Source: Amoeboaphelidium occidentale (Eukaryota). From it: a stretch of DNA of 56,412 nt. The DNA lies in NCBI GenBank assembly GCA_023515795.1, contig JALGPX010000014.1, positions 310,001-366,412 of the forward strand. Direction: 5' to 3'. The position numbers and the translations under genes were made by a program. Positions 1 to 11,079 of the stretch are shown here, in pieces. The notes below the pieces were generated by a model. The model was given only the letters and a program-made list of their open reading frames with translations, made no database searches and was not told the origin of the DNA. Numbering within the stretch: the first letter of the stretch is position 1; each line of letters opens with the position of its first letter.

Positions 1-3000
1 CCATCCGGATAATATTTCAAAATGATAGACAAAGGCTTTTCCGTATAGCCAATAATCTCACAGAAGTGGGGGAAAGTCGACAGCATAATCATTATTCCAA
101 CTTCTTGATAGAAAGCTTCTTCCATAGCCGAGTTTGTGATTGTAACGACCTTCTGTATAACAAATTCAGCAACTTTCTTTCGTAACGCCGAATCCATCAC
201 TTTTGCTAGGAATACTTCACCACCGCCACCAGATGCGACCTTTTTTACCCTGGCAAAAGCCGAGTGTTCAATTAGGTATGTAGCGTGTTTAGAGATGCCA
301 ATGACAGAGTTGATAACGGTCTGTAAGTCTGTGACAGTAAAATCGGATTTTTCAACGGTATTTTCAGTGACTGTGGAATGTATAATCTTTCCCTGTTGCT
401 TCTTAATCCTTGCCATGTAGGCACCTATGATTGCAACGGCAAATATTGCCGCAACAACGCCTATAATCAGCGAGATTGATCCTTCAAACTTCCAACTGTC
501 GGTTAAGGAAGCTCTGACAGCCCTTTTCTGTCTAGTTCTCGCTTTTTTTGTTTCAATTAGAGCCGTAGAATGGGAGCCATAGCGCACAGGAAGGACTGGA
601 TCAAACAGCAAGACAGAGCGATCCTCACTGCCTGCAATCACCGAGGAATTATGGCATAAAACAGCGGAAACGGACTTTGAGAAACCAGAGTATAAATCTT
701 CATGTTTCTTAGTTACAGTATTCCAACGGCGAACGGCCCCTTCAGATCCACCGGAGAACAATGTATCGAAACAGAAAGCCAATGAAGTAACCGGGCCTAA
801 ATGTCCAGGTGAACTCGAAGACGTCCTTTTGTACCTGAACTTTGGAGACATTTCTTCTAAAGACCATTCGATTATACTCTTATCATCTGAGGCAGAAAAG
901 AGACTGCCGCCGTTAACAAGAAGATCATTAACTTGACCAACATGCCCTTTTAACTCAGATAGCTTTTCTTGGGTTTCAATTCTGAGTGAATAAATAACTC
1001 CTGATCTAGAGCCTGCATAAATCAATGCGTCTGTCGCAGCAACGCATACCAAGGGTGTCTGGAAATCAATAGTGATGGATGATTTTGTAGAATCTTTTCT
1101 GTCTTTAAGCACGACCTTGTCATCATCAGAAATAATAACGAAATTGAAGTTATTAATTGCAAGATCCTTGAGTGGTAGAGACTTCGAGTTGTACACATCA
1201 ATTGATTCGTTTTCTTCTGCAAGCGAAGATTGTAAAATAAGTCCATCAAGGCCCGAAGAATAAAGCGTGCCGTCAATGGCTGACAACGAGGTAACCGTTT
1301 TATCGTGATAGCTAAAGATTTTCATTAAAAACGCATTCTCAACGTCATATGATATAATTGATCCGCTTTTCAAACCAACAAATAACAAATTATTTTCAGC
1401 AGCAAGCGCGGTGACAGACGCATTCCTGTTTTCAAACGAGAATGCCACCTTTCGGGTTGCCATATTCCATTTTTTGATTGTTCCGTCAAATCCTGTGGAG
1501 TACAAAATATTTGATTCATCAAAGCAAAGAGAAAATACAACATCGTTGTGTCCTTGAAACAATTCGATAACCTGAAGCGAGTAAGAATCCCTCACTCTGA
1601 TAATTCCATCTGCGTGGCTAGTGTAAATCCTCATTCCCCGAGAAATCATGTTACCGCATGCAATTGTCTCTACAAATTAGACAGAATTAGTATGATTTTA
1701 CCGTCGATATTCGCCAAGACTTCACCACTCAGACTTGAAAGCCTCACTAACCCATCGGCTGTGCATGCTGCAATAGACTCTTCTGCGATCGAGATAACGA
1801 GAACACTTGCGAGTGCTATGAATTAAACTTCCGAAAGTAGGATTACCATTGAAAGTCTGAACAGTTTCAAGAGACTCGATATTCCATGCACGAATAGAAA
1901 AATCTGACGAACCAGAATACAAAAAGCTTGAATATCGCTGAATAGATTCCACAATAGTAGTGTGTCCTTCAAATAATCCCAATTGAGACCCGGATGAAAT
2001 GTTCCAGTGGTAAATAGAAGTACCAATTGGGACTGCATACACATTGTTCTGATCAACAGCAATTGAGATAATCGCCCTATTCGAACCTAAAATTTTAATT
2101 AATTACAGTAAGAGAATGTTACCAGTGAATGTTTTTGCAAGGGCCATGAGGGCGAGATCCCATTGCCTCACAGTTCTATCAGAACTCCCGGAGTATAAGT
2201 AGTTCTCGCTCGATACTAAGCAATTAATCGAGACTGAGTTAGCGGCGAGAGCGGCGAATGGCTCTGTGCTATCAACAGTTGCATCCCATGCAGTTATCAT
2301 GTCATCTTCTCCTCCGCTTATGATCAAATTCCTCCATGCAACAACAGCTCTGAGTTTAATGCTTCGACCATAGTATGAAAACAAATATGTTCCATTACGT
2401 GTATCCCATCGTAGAACACTGCCGTCAAGCGATCCGGTGTAAAGTGTTTCCTGTCCATAACCCATGCACATAATGGTACCGCCCTGGAAAGCAGGAAATT
2501 TAGCTAGAATTGCCCCGTCAGTCAAATTCCATTTTATGACTTCTTTTTCTGCGCCAGCCGAGTATAGATAACTGTCAAAACCCGCCACTACATAAACTCG
2601 ATTCGAATGCCCTGTAAAGGAACGCTCCAAATCACCGGTCATAACATCCCAAGATAATACAGTTGTATCAGCAGAGGCAGAAAATAATACACCTTGGGAC
2701 AAATAGATTGAAAAAACTGCCGCAGAGTGTCCCACGAAGCCAACAACTCGGTTACCGGTTTCGACAGATATTTTTTCAACGTATGGAGGCGATTCTGCTG
2801 CAACATAGAGGTGATCTCCATCTGCGATTATACTGAACACAAATCCACCAAACCCTACCAAAATTAGAAAGCTGTTTCAAGGTGAACATAACCTAATGTT
2901 TTGACAATTCTTCCAGAATTCAAATCCAATTCTCTAACTTTCGTATCACCGCCACCGCAAAAAACTCGATCATTATCAACTGTAATAGTCTCAATTTGAG

Positions 3001-3349
3001 CCCCAACAGATCCGAGCCATATCCTTTTGAGAACTGATCCTGTTTCCAAATCCCAAACTATGATCATATCATCGTAACCAGATGTGATCATTTTTGTATG
3101 GTTTGTGACAAGAAAAGATACCACCTTACTCTTATGGGCTCTGAATGTTCTTTGAACAATTCCTGTTTGGATGTCCTTCTGGATGATGTCGTTAGATGAT
3201 GTGATCAATATCGAGTCTTCATAAACAGCCATTGAGCGCACGCTGGAAGCACCATCTTGCAACAAGAAACTTTTTCGGTGCTCTAAAGAAGCAACGGAGA
3301 GGCTAAAAGATGACAGTGAGAAGAGGTACACTAGAAGGTTTGCAATCAT
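1..3349 (-). CDS. Receptor-like protein kinase: signal peptide + long WD40 ectodomain + single TM + kinase domain (kinase runs off the window edge)
   Basis: Spliced by hand: exons 3349-2893, 2854-2123, 2086-1847, 1815-1702, 1669-<1; GT-AG introns of 38, 36, 31 and 32 nt. N-terminus MIANLLVYLFSLSSFSLSVA; many GH...SG.D..I..WD repeats; TM SISLIIGVVAAIFAVAIIGAYM (~414-482); then KKVASGGGGEVFLAK, VIQK, EEAFYQEVGIM, HFCEIIGYTEKPLSIILKYYPDG (kinase N-lobe). Confidence 0.9.
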
Positions 3350-3950
3350 TTAGTCTGGTAAGCTTGAAACAAACAGCGCTAGTTCTTGCGGCGCATGTTT
3401 TCAGTTATAGTTGAAGACGTATACAACTCAAGGCGCACTGTTTAAAAGTGACGGGATTGCTCTTAAATTAGAACATAAAGGCTTATCAAATGTCAGCTGA
3501 GTTATCCTACAGTATTATCGGGATCTTAGTTCTTCAAGGCCGCGACTTACAACATTGATGCCACTCCTAAATATTCATACCGAAACAGCCAATTTGTGGT
3601 AGCGTTTGATTAATAGAGAACTTGATTTGTTCAGTGTTCCATCATGGTCATGATGGTTATGAAGAGGCCGAGACAACCATAGACTTCTGGCGCAAAGATC
3701 ATAGCCAACAAGAACTTCACACCGATTACGTGATGCTTGCCATAGTCTCGCCTAATTTAAAATACTTTTAATGGCGGTTAGGCTGGGATCTTTAAGTTTA
3801 CGACACTGGACGTATCAGCTGCATCTCACAAGCGAATGATTGCATTCGTCGGTGGGTAAGCTATAAATAGTTACCGTCATTCAGCAGAACGTGATTAGAT
3901 CAATTAAAATTTGACCACTCTTCTCTCCTGGATAAGCGTTTGTCCGCTAA

Positions 3951-5642
3951 ATGTCGTCTAAACAGAATTATCAGCAATACACTGGTGGTAAAGATCAGTC
4001 TGCACCGCAGAGACCGTATCCAATTTCTACCGTGCCAAGTTCGGAGAGAAACGGATATCATATAAACCAGCAAGCAAGATACTTTCAAGATTCATATGGT
4101 CAGCCGCAATACGATTCACTTCAACAAGAGAAGATGGCACTTGATCAGTCTCCATCTGTTGATAAGTCCATGCTGAGCGATTCTATGCCTGACACAAGAA
4201 CTTCTGATGGACCTTCCCTGGTTGGTGGTGAAAGTAGTCAGTTTGAAAATAGTCCCACAACTACATCTCGTCAAAATGATATTTACTCAAGGATGATGCC
4301 TCCTCAAGAGGTTCCAGTTAGAGGTTCTGACGCAAAGAAAGCTTTTACTCCACTAGATTTGGAAAAATACAGACAAGCTGCACCTCCTTTGCTTTCACCT
4401 CGAGGTACGCGTGGTCCTTTGCCTTCTCCCTCTGATGAACGACGGTTTCATCCGTATTCTCCAGGAAGAGCAACATCTCCGCGATCATATCAGAAATCTG
4501 CACAGTTTGAAGCTATTCAGTCACGAAACGCGCTTAATTATCCTATACAGAATGGTTATAATTACGAAAGATATAATCAGGCTCCTGTGGATAATATCCA
4601 TATGTATGGTGGTCCTCAGATATATGGAAACGCTGGACCTATGCAATACGCACAATTTCGCCCAGTCCCATCTCAAATCACCATCCAACAGCATCAGCAA
4701 CAGTATCAGCGAAATTATGGGTATCCTTACGCAAATCAGATTGTTACTGTACGTCCAGCAATACCTATTCAGGAACAGCTGCGTCAAAATTACACAAGTC
4801 AACTGCAGCGAGCCTCGCCAATGCAAGCAACACAGAGGTTTGTCCCTGGGCAAGAAATGTACAACCCTCAACAAGACTATATGTATCAGCAACGAAATAA
4901 TCAGTACATGGAACAAGAAGCTGCGTTTGCTATTGCATCCTTATCAACAATGTCTCCAGTAGAAAATCGGAGAAGGCCCTCAACAACAGATGATATACCA
5001 CAACGAGGGTATACGCAAAGTTCATTAGGAAATATGGCTTATCAGACAAATTATGGCCTTAATTCATTTCCTAGAACCGGAACGCCTCCAAAGTCTATAT
5101 CACTCACAGATAGGATTCCAAGCAATTATAATCCTATACAGAAGCTTAACCTTACTCCAAAAGAGTTGCAAGCATACAAACAGCACGCAAAGTATGGCTC
5201 TGACGAAAAGCTGTCAACCAATGCTGTGTTTGAAAAGGCTAAATTCTCTTACATTGACCGTGACGCTGCTACTGGGTTAAATTCAATCAAAAACCGGACT
5301 CAGAGTGAAGAAAAGCCGTTGCAGGAAAGCAACGAGAAGAAGAACAGCAGCACATCAGCTCAAGTTTTACCAAGTTTACGACAGGTATTGCTGCCACACA
5401 CTCCTAATCAAGCATCAGTGCAGCGGCCAAGTAAACAAGAGCCTCTTGAAAGTATCCCGGAAACACCTAAAGAAGCTCCAGCGACACCCAAGAAGAGAGC
5501 TATTGGTCGTATCGCTTCGTTACTGACCTCAAGTCAGAAGAAACCTTTCAAGTGTCCTGTGGTCGGTTGTGATAAAGCGTTCTACAAGGAATCTCACTTA
5601 AAGTATCACGTTAATTCTAAAGTTCACAAGAGCGATCGATAA
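3951..5642 (+). CDS. Q/P/S-rich putative transcription factor with a C-terminal C2H2 zinc finger
   Basis: 563-aa intronless ORF, low-complexity body, KPFKCPVVGCDKAFYKESHLKYHVNSKVH at the C-terminus; TATAAA at ~3862. Confidence 0.85.
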   Translation: MSSKQNYQQYTGGKDQSAPQRPYPISTVPSSERNGYHINQQARYFQDSYGQPQYDSLQQEKMALDQSPSVDKSMLSDSMPDTRTSDGPSLVGGESSQFENSPTTTSRQNDIYSRMMPPQEVPVRGSDAKKAFTPLDLEKYRQAAPPLLSPRGTRGPLPSPSDERRFHPYSPGRATSPRSYQKSAQFEAIQSRNALNYPIQNGYNYERYNQAPVDNIHMYGGPQIYGNAGPMQYAQFRPVPSQITIQQHQQQYQRNYGYPYANQIVTVRPAIPIQEQLRQNYTSQLQRASPMQATQRFVPGQEMYNPQQDYMYQQRNNQYMEQEAAFAIASLSTMSPVENRRRPSTTDDIPQRGYTQSSLGNMAYQTNYGLNSFPRTGTPPKSISLTDRIPSNYNPIQKLNLTPKELQAYKQHAKYGSDEKLSTNAVFEKAKFSYIDRDAATGLNSIKNRTQSEEKPLQESNEKKNSSTSAQVLPSLRQVLLPHTPNQASVQRPSKQEPLESIPETPKEAPATPKKRAIGRIASLLTSSQKKPFKCPVVGCDKAFYKESHLKYHVNSKVHKSDR

Positions 5643-5762
5643 CTATGGTGTTACGGTGAAGGAAGCTGCCGGATAATTGTTAGGGTTTTGAAAATTGATC
5701 ATCGTTCTAAGCTTTTCTTCCACGTTTGCGAGTAGCATCTTTTGTTTGGACAAGAATTCGAG

Positions 5763-8700
5763 ATGCCTTTAAACAAAATAAAAGTATTCATTAGCACCAA
5801 CAGGAAAGATTTGCTTCAGGATAAGAAAGAATTTGTTCTGGATGAAGTAATGCCCTTGGACAAGTTTCAAAACAACTTCTTTCAGAAAGCTAAAGTGTAC
5901 TTCGATTACGTCGATGGTTTTACTACTTCCTTTACCAGCCAAAGCCAAAAAGGCTCTTGCTTGACTTTATTGGATTACTGCTTCGGTGCCCTTCTTCTAT
6001 TTGATGTTTCGACCAGGATTGTTCCGGATTCACAACCAGCATCCCCAACTACTGCAGACGGTGCGCCTGGATTATCAAACGATTCAGGCCCAAAAGAAGA
6101 AGCTACTTCGAATGCGCTAGGCCCTGTTTCTGGTCAACAGTCCCCGATATCGATCGAATCCATAACGGCCGGATACGCTCGCATAAAGAAACAGTTTCCT
6201 ACTTCACGCTGCATCATAATAGCGGATGATATCATTGATAATTCGGATTTCAGAATTGTTATTAATAATCGGAATATGGCAAACTGTTTACAGGCAGAGA
6301 TCGAGGATTATGTCAAAGAAGTTGTTACATACATCCTTTCGTCGATCGTCTTGGTTGAGAGTCAAAAAAGTGGATTCCCCAGTTATCAGAAATACTTGAA
6401 AGACGATGAAAAGGTTGTGGAAGAAACATCTGCCGTTGAATCTCCCTTGAGCTCTTTTAATGAACAGCTAAAAGAAAAGAAGCGCCTACCAGGAAGAGTG
6501 CAGAAACGAATAGGTGAACTTTATTTGCTAGGCGGATGTTGGGGGAAAGCGATCATAAGTTTTCAGAATGCAATCGAGTTGTTAAGGAAAATGGATGATC
6601 CGATACATTACTCTTCAACGCTGGAAGGCTTTCTTACTACGCAATTGCTGATAAATCCTTCGTTTGTAACAAGTGCAGAATTTATTGAGAAAGAAGAGGA
6701 GCTTAATCAGCTGTTATCGGATATCGTAGATCCTCTTGTTAAATGTCAACTTGTTTTGCGTCTAAGCAATCTTTATTTAGAGTACAAGAAGGATCCATGG
6801 GAATGTTGTAAAAGGATAATGAAAGTTTGGGATTGTGGAGTAGATGAACTTCTGAAAGAACCAAAAGGCATTGATCAAATTCGTATTGCATCTCAAATGT
6901 CAGACTTGTTTGGTAGGATTAAGTATCAAAGGAAACGCGCATTCTTTACTAGACAGTGTGCTCTGCTTATTCTTGCTAGAGTCATAGATTTAGGACCCAA
7001 AGTGTTGGCGATTCAGGAGAAAAACTTATACTCGCATAGCTCTCGAGGATCTAAATCTTCTTCAACTAGTGTAACACCATTGGATCACTTTGAAGAGGAA
7101 GAAATTGTAAGAACATACTATGAGTACAGCAAAAGAATGGTCGAGTATATTGTTGAGAGTCTAGTAACTTACTGTTGTATGGACAATTATGATGAGTTTA
7201 CTACCGATCTAAAAGAAACTAATCGTGTCCGAAACTCTCTGTTTGTTGTCATTCATCGTCCAAAAAAGTCAGAGGGAAAATATGCTTGCTACGACATGGA
7301 AAAATCTTGGAGGTCTATATTTACTGAAGTGGCAAAGGAAGCTGTTCGAATGTGTGAACTTGTGCAAGAGTATGAGCTTGCTTCTCTTTTTCTTGGATAC
7401 CTTCTTCTTGACTCCTTATCAAACCCTTCAGCGAATGCACAATTTCGATACTGGAATACGCTTTGCAAAATAGCAAACAAAATGACATACAAGCCTTCAT
7501 TGTACACATTTCCTTCAAGGATACCAACAGTTTTGTCTACGAGCGATGAATCGAGATACAGGAGAAGAAAGTTGCCGCATTCTTTACTTGGTCATTTTGT
7601 GAAAAGATATTCTATTGCTACTGAACCTTCTCAGAGCCGTTATCCTTCTAAAGTTGAAGTCGAAAAGGCCAGTCAAGAGGTCATTGCGGCAAAGGATGGT
7701 TTGTTTTTGCATGACCCTTTTGCAAAGAAAAAAGAGTCGACTCAAAAGGTTGAATGGGTCATTGTTGGTGAGACTTTTGAGATGAACTTTGTGATCATGA
7801 ATCCATTTGAATGCAACATTCAAGTCTTGGAGGTTGGACTAGTTGTAGATTGTAAAAGTATAGCAGAGCACGTTCATGTCGAATTGGCAGGGCTTCCGGT
7901 AAACTTTGATCCGAAGGAAGAGTTTGAGCTTACCATTCCTGTGACAATAGTCAAATTTATGGAGAAATTTACTGTAGATGGTTTGATGGTCAAGTTTAGT
8001 AATGGATGGATCGAGTATTTAAGGTTTCCTTCGCAGTTTTCTTTGCAAGTTCATAAATACAATCCGCCCATTCTAAAATTGTTGCGATCATCATTGGTGC
8101 GCAATACTGATTTAATGATATATGAAGGAGAGAGAGCGGAAGTACTATATGAAATGGATTTGATCCCTTCACACGAGCACGGTGATTTGAAGCTAGATTT
8201 TGTTGTGGTTGATACTACTGAGACATGTGATTCTCCAATTACCTGGATTACACATAGATCTGTTGGTGAAGCAAAGTTTGAATCGCGACTGTATGATGCA
8301 TCCGTTACTGCGCTGGCTGTCAAGAAAATCACATCTATGTCAGGAGATACATTGCATTTTCCTTTCAAGCCTGTCAAATCTACCCAAAACAGTGTGAATT
8401 TTATCTTCTCTTGTGTCGGAAAAAGAGGTCTGAATGGCTGCTCGATTAGAATCAAGTACGGACAAATTATCGATGGGACTACATACAGTAGAACCTTAAG
8501 GCTGAAGATAAACACGACCGTCGAATCTCCATTAGAAGTTGTTAATCTAGAGTTCGCAAGAAACTTTATTGGATCTAATCCCACAATTCGGAGCGATTCT
8601 GGCCCAAGGATAACGAAGAGTCTTTCTGTAGAAGAAATCGCATTGATGGATGCGCCTTCATCCAATGCAGCAGATGATTCTTGTCTGTGCGTTATCGACA

Positions 8701-9821
8701 TCCGAAACAACTGGAATTCGCTGTTCTCTGTTAGGTTTTTATTACCTCAGAGCTCAACGGAATCGGAGGAGAATTACTTTGTTGGGCCGTCTGCAGATAC
8801 TACCACGAAAACAGACTTCACTGCAATATACCCGAAGCAAACAAAACGATTTGTGCTACTTGTTGAAAAAATCTCGATTGATGACATTATTAAGAGACTA
8901 CAAACGATCCTTCCGCCTAGACAAGATGATCTCTTCAATTTTAATCTGTTACCATTCGACCCGCTGTATCATTGCGGAAGCTTGAACAAGAGATTGCCTC
9001 CTATTCCGCAACCAAACAAAGTATCTCTTGGTCCAAAGCCTGTAGTAGCAGATACTGCTAGAGACTATACTACCAATCTTACGCTTTACGAAAAGAAATT
9101 AAAAAGTACTGATGCCGAAGTTTTTGAATTAGAGAATGCGAAGAAAGATTTTCTAGAATCTTACATTGCTGAGCGGCAAAGCAGGCTTTCATTCTTCTGC
9201 AAGCATCATTTCTTTCAAACTGGACTTTTAGGAATGGAATGGACTAATAGCGCAAACTCTGTAGTTGATAGCCTCTCTAGAAGTGGCTTCTTTGTGCTTC
9301 GCTCATATGCTTCTTTATCTGCGTCTGATTTGCTTAATCTTTGCAGCCGGGAAATATCTGTTAAGTACGATGTAATTGCTGGAGGAAATTATGTTGCCCC
9401 AACTCAAGAAAATGTTTATTTAGTTCCAAAAGATCACATTACAGAACTGGTATTAAAGGTACAATCAACATCAAGAAGATTGTGTTATCTTCGGACTCAA
9501 TACTGTTATGATGTTTGCGAAAATGATGGTTTAGTGGGCTTTGACATTTCGAACAAAATGCTTGTTAATGGATCGCTTCAGGCTCTCTTGTGTACAGAAG
9601 AAGACCCGAATGAAGGTTTCACATCTAATCATTCTATTTCATTGAAATTCAGAGCTACTGGAAGTTACAAAATGTTATACCACCTTGAGTATATTGAAGA
9701 AATTGATAACTTTGACAAAAGCCAAGAAGCATTAATAACCAGATACAAAAAGCTTTTCGGAGACGACTCTTTAGACGCAGTTGAATGGTGCCAGGAGCCC
9801 ATAATCTTTAAAGTAGAATAG
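5763..9821 (+). CDS. TRS120: TRAPPII subunit Trs120/TRAPPC9-like
   Basis: ~1350-aa ORF (first ATG 5763) with GRVQKRIGELYLLGG...D..HYSSTLEG and FLHDPF..K...WVIVGE...NPF motifs typical of Trs120/TRAPPC9. Confidence 0.8.
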   Translation: MPLNKIKVFISTNRKDLLQDKKEFVLDEVMPLDKFQNNFFQKAKVYFDYVDGFTTSFTSQSQKGSCLTLLDYCFGALLLFDVSTRIVPDSQPASPTTADGAPGLSNDSGPKEEATSNALGPVSGQQSPISIESITAGYARIKKQFPTSRCIIIADDIIDNSDFRIVINNRNMANCLQAEIEDYVKEVVTYILSSIVLVESQKSGFPSYQKYLKDDEKVVEETSAVESPLSSFNEQLKEKKRLPGRVQKRIGELYLLGGCWGKAIISFQNAIELLRKMDDPIHYSSTLEGFLTTQLLINPSFVTSAEFIEKEEELNQLLSDIVDPLVKCQLVLRLSNLYLEYKKDPWECCKRIMKVWDCGVDELLKEPKGIDQIRIASQMSDLFGRIKYQRKRAFFTRQCALLILARVIDLGPKVLAIQEKNLYSHSSRGSKSSSTSVTPLDHFEEEEIVRTYYEYSKRMVEYIVESLVTYCCMDNYDEFTTDLKETNRVRNSLFVVIHRPKKSEGKYACYDMEKSWRSIFTEVAKEAVRMCELVQEYELASLFLGYLLLDSLSNPSANAQFRYWNTLCKIANKMTYKPSLYTFPSRIPTVLSTSDESRYRRRKLPHSLLGHFVKRYSIATEPSQSRYPSKVEVEKASQEVIAAKDGLFLHDPFAKKKESTQKVEWVIVGETFEMNFVIMNPFECNIQVLEVGLVVDCKSIAEHVHVELAGLPVNFDPKEEFELTIPVTIVKFMEKFTVDGLMVKFSNGWIEYLRFPSQFSLQVHKYNPPILKLLRSSLVRNTDLMIYEGERAEVLYEMDLIPSHEHGDLKLDFVVVDTTETCDSPITWITHRSVGEAKFESRLYDASVTALAVKKITSMSGDTLHFPFKPVKSTQNSVNFIFSCVGKRGLNGCSIRIKYGQIIDGTTYSRTLRLKINTTVESPLEVVNLEFARNFIGSNPTIRSDSGPRITKSLSVEEIALMDAPSSNAADDSCLCVIDIRNNWNSLFSVRFLLPQSSTESEENYFVGPSADTTTKTDFTAIYPKQTKRFVLLVEKISIDDIIKRLQTILPPRQDDLFNFNLLPFDPLYHCGSLNKRLPPIPQPNKVSLGPKPVVADTARDYTTNLTLYEKKLKSTDAEVFELENAKKDFLESYIAERQSRLSFFCKHHFFQTGLLGMEWTNSANSVVDSLSRSGFFVLRSYASLSASDLLNLCSREISVKYDVIAGGNYVAPTQENVYLVPKDHITELVLKVQSTSRRLCYLRTQYCYDVCENDGLVGFDISNKMLVNGSLQALLCTEEDPNEGFTSNHSISLKFRATGSYKMLYHLEYIEEIDNFDKSQEALITRYKKLFGDDSLDAVEWCQEPIIFKVE

Positions 9822-9912
9822 ATTTCGTGGAGTTTGATGCACTCTCTCATAAACTTTCAAGATCGTGGAGTACATGGAGAAGGTTTATTACACAGCTTAC
9901 AAAAATCTAAAA

Positions 9913-10863
9913 TTAGTATGCCATCCCTTGTTGATGACTTTTGCGTCTTGGCGGAGGAGGTCTACGTGGAGGCGGTGGACGTGCTGTTGTTGTGCGTGGA
10001 CGAGGAGTAGTTGAGGTTGAAACTGTTGAAGTTGTAAGAGTTAAAGTTGACGTCGTGCTAGAGATTGGAACTGTAACACTGGAAGTTGGAGTAGGGCGCA
10101 TAGGTGTACTGCTAGTAGGAGGTGGAGGAGGTGGAGGTACCCTTGTGGATGACTGCGGAGTTGGACGCGTTGAAGTTCTTGTAATTACCGTTGTGCGCGT
10201 AATTGAAGTAGTCCTCGTGGTTGGGCGGGTACTTGTGGTTGGCGTTGTGCGCGTAATTGAAGTAGTCCTTGTGGTTGGCGTTGTTGTCGTTGTTGTTGGC
10301 GGCGGTGCCATTGGAGTTGTACTAGTAGATGGTTTTGGAAAAGGAACGCTGGTTGAAACAGTTTCTGATGGAGGTGAAGGTGGAGGTGCAATTGGAGTTG
10401 TACTAGTAGATGGTTCTGGAAAAGGAACGCTGGTTGAAACAGTTTCTGATGGAGGTGGAGGTGGAACATATGAAGGAACGCTTGTTGTTGAAGTCTCGTA
10501 TCCAGGAGGAGGTACAACATATGAAGGAACGCAGGTTGAAACAGTTTCTGATGGAGGTGGAGGCGGAGGTGGAACATATGCAGGAGGAGGTTCGGGGTAC
10601 GTAGGAGTTTCAGATGGTGTCGGAACAACATAACTTGGAATTTCATGATAGTCTGTTGGTGGAACTTCGTAAACAAGTGAGGTTGAGGCATCAGGGTACA
10701 CAATTTCGTATGTTGAAGAAGCGGGGTACGCGATTTCGTATGTGGAAGCATCAGGATAAGCAACACTTGAAGTAGCAGCACTTGGACATGGCGCAGCATC
10801 ATTTGGTTCCGGAATTGCCAATTGCAATGAAATCAGAGTTGAAACAATGCACAAGAGCTTCAT
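9913..10863 (-). CDS. Secreted Pro/Thr/Ser-rich (extensin/mucin-like) protein, paralog A
   Basis: Signal peptide MKLLCIVSTLISLQLA, PCPS motif, repeated YPDASTYEI and PPPSETVSTSVP units, Thr-rich stalk; no hydrophobic C-terminus. Confidence 0.85.
   Translation of the reverse strand: MKLLCIVSTLISLQLAIPEPNDAAPCPSAATSSVAYPDASTYEIAYPASSTYEIVYPDASTSLVYEVPPTDYHEIPSYVVPTPSETPTYPEPPPAYVPPPPPPPSETVSTCVPSYVVPPPGYETSTTSVPSYVPPPPPSETVSTSVPFPEPSTSTTPIAPPPSPPSETVSTSVPFPKPSTSTTPMAPPPTTTTTTPTTRTTSITRTTPTTSTRPTTRTTSITRTTVITRTSTRPTPQSSTRVPPPPPPPTSSTPMRPTPTSSVTVPISSTTSTLTLTTSTVSTSTTPRPRTTTARPPPPRRPPPPRRKSHQQGMAY
10310..10456. repeat. Intragenic direct repeat (81-nt period, ~66 nt near-identical) encoding PPSETVSTSVPFP(E/K)PSTSTTP
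   Basis: 10310-10375 and 10391-10456 differ at about one position; further SETVST copy upstream in the gene. Confidence 0.9.
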
Positions 10864-11079
10864 GATACTTGTTTTCTAATATATTTTTGGGAAAACAAAT
10901 ATTACGGGATCTATTGGTCGTTATTGTAAGGCCAGTTGTGTCTGTGTCACCCAGCATTGGTTGGTCTTGTCTGTTGCACAAAGCCTATCAAGCGTCACAC
11001 AATAGATCACACAGACACGATTACGGCGCGCCAAGAAACAAAATACAGAGGAAGTGTAACCAAAGTTTTATTATCGTTT

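Noticed and set aside
136..420. 94-aa + strand ORF
   Set aside because: Antisense to the kinase domain of the receptor, which is the real coding strand.
3639..3656. Inverted repeat CCATCATG-GT-CATGATGG in the receptor/C2H2 intergenic region
   Set aside because: A single 8-bp stem with no second copy or recognisable RNA family; insufficient support.
9941..10633. 230-aa Val/Gly-rich + strand ORF, plus 11663-11950 and the His/Leu/Gln-rich ORF 10185-10802
   Set aside because: Antisense or alternate-frame shadows of the repetitive Pro/Thr codons in the real minus-strand genes.
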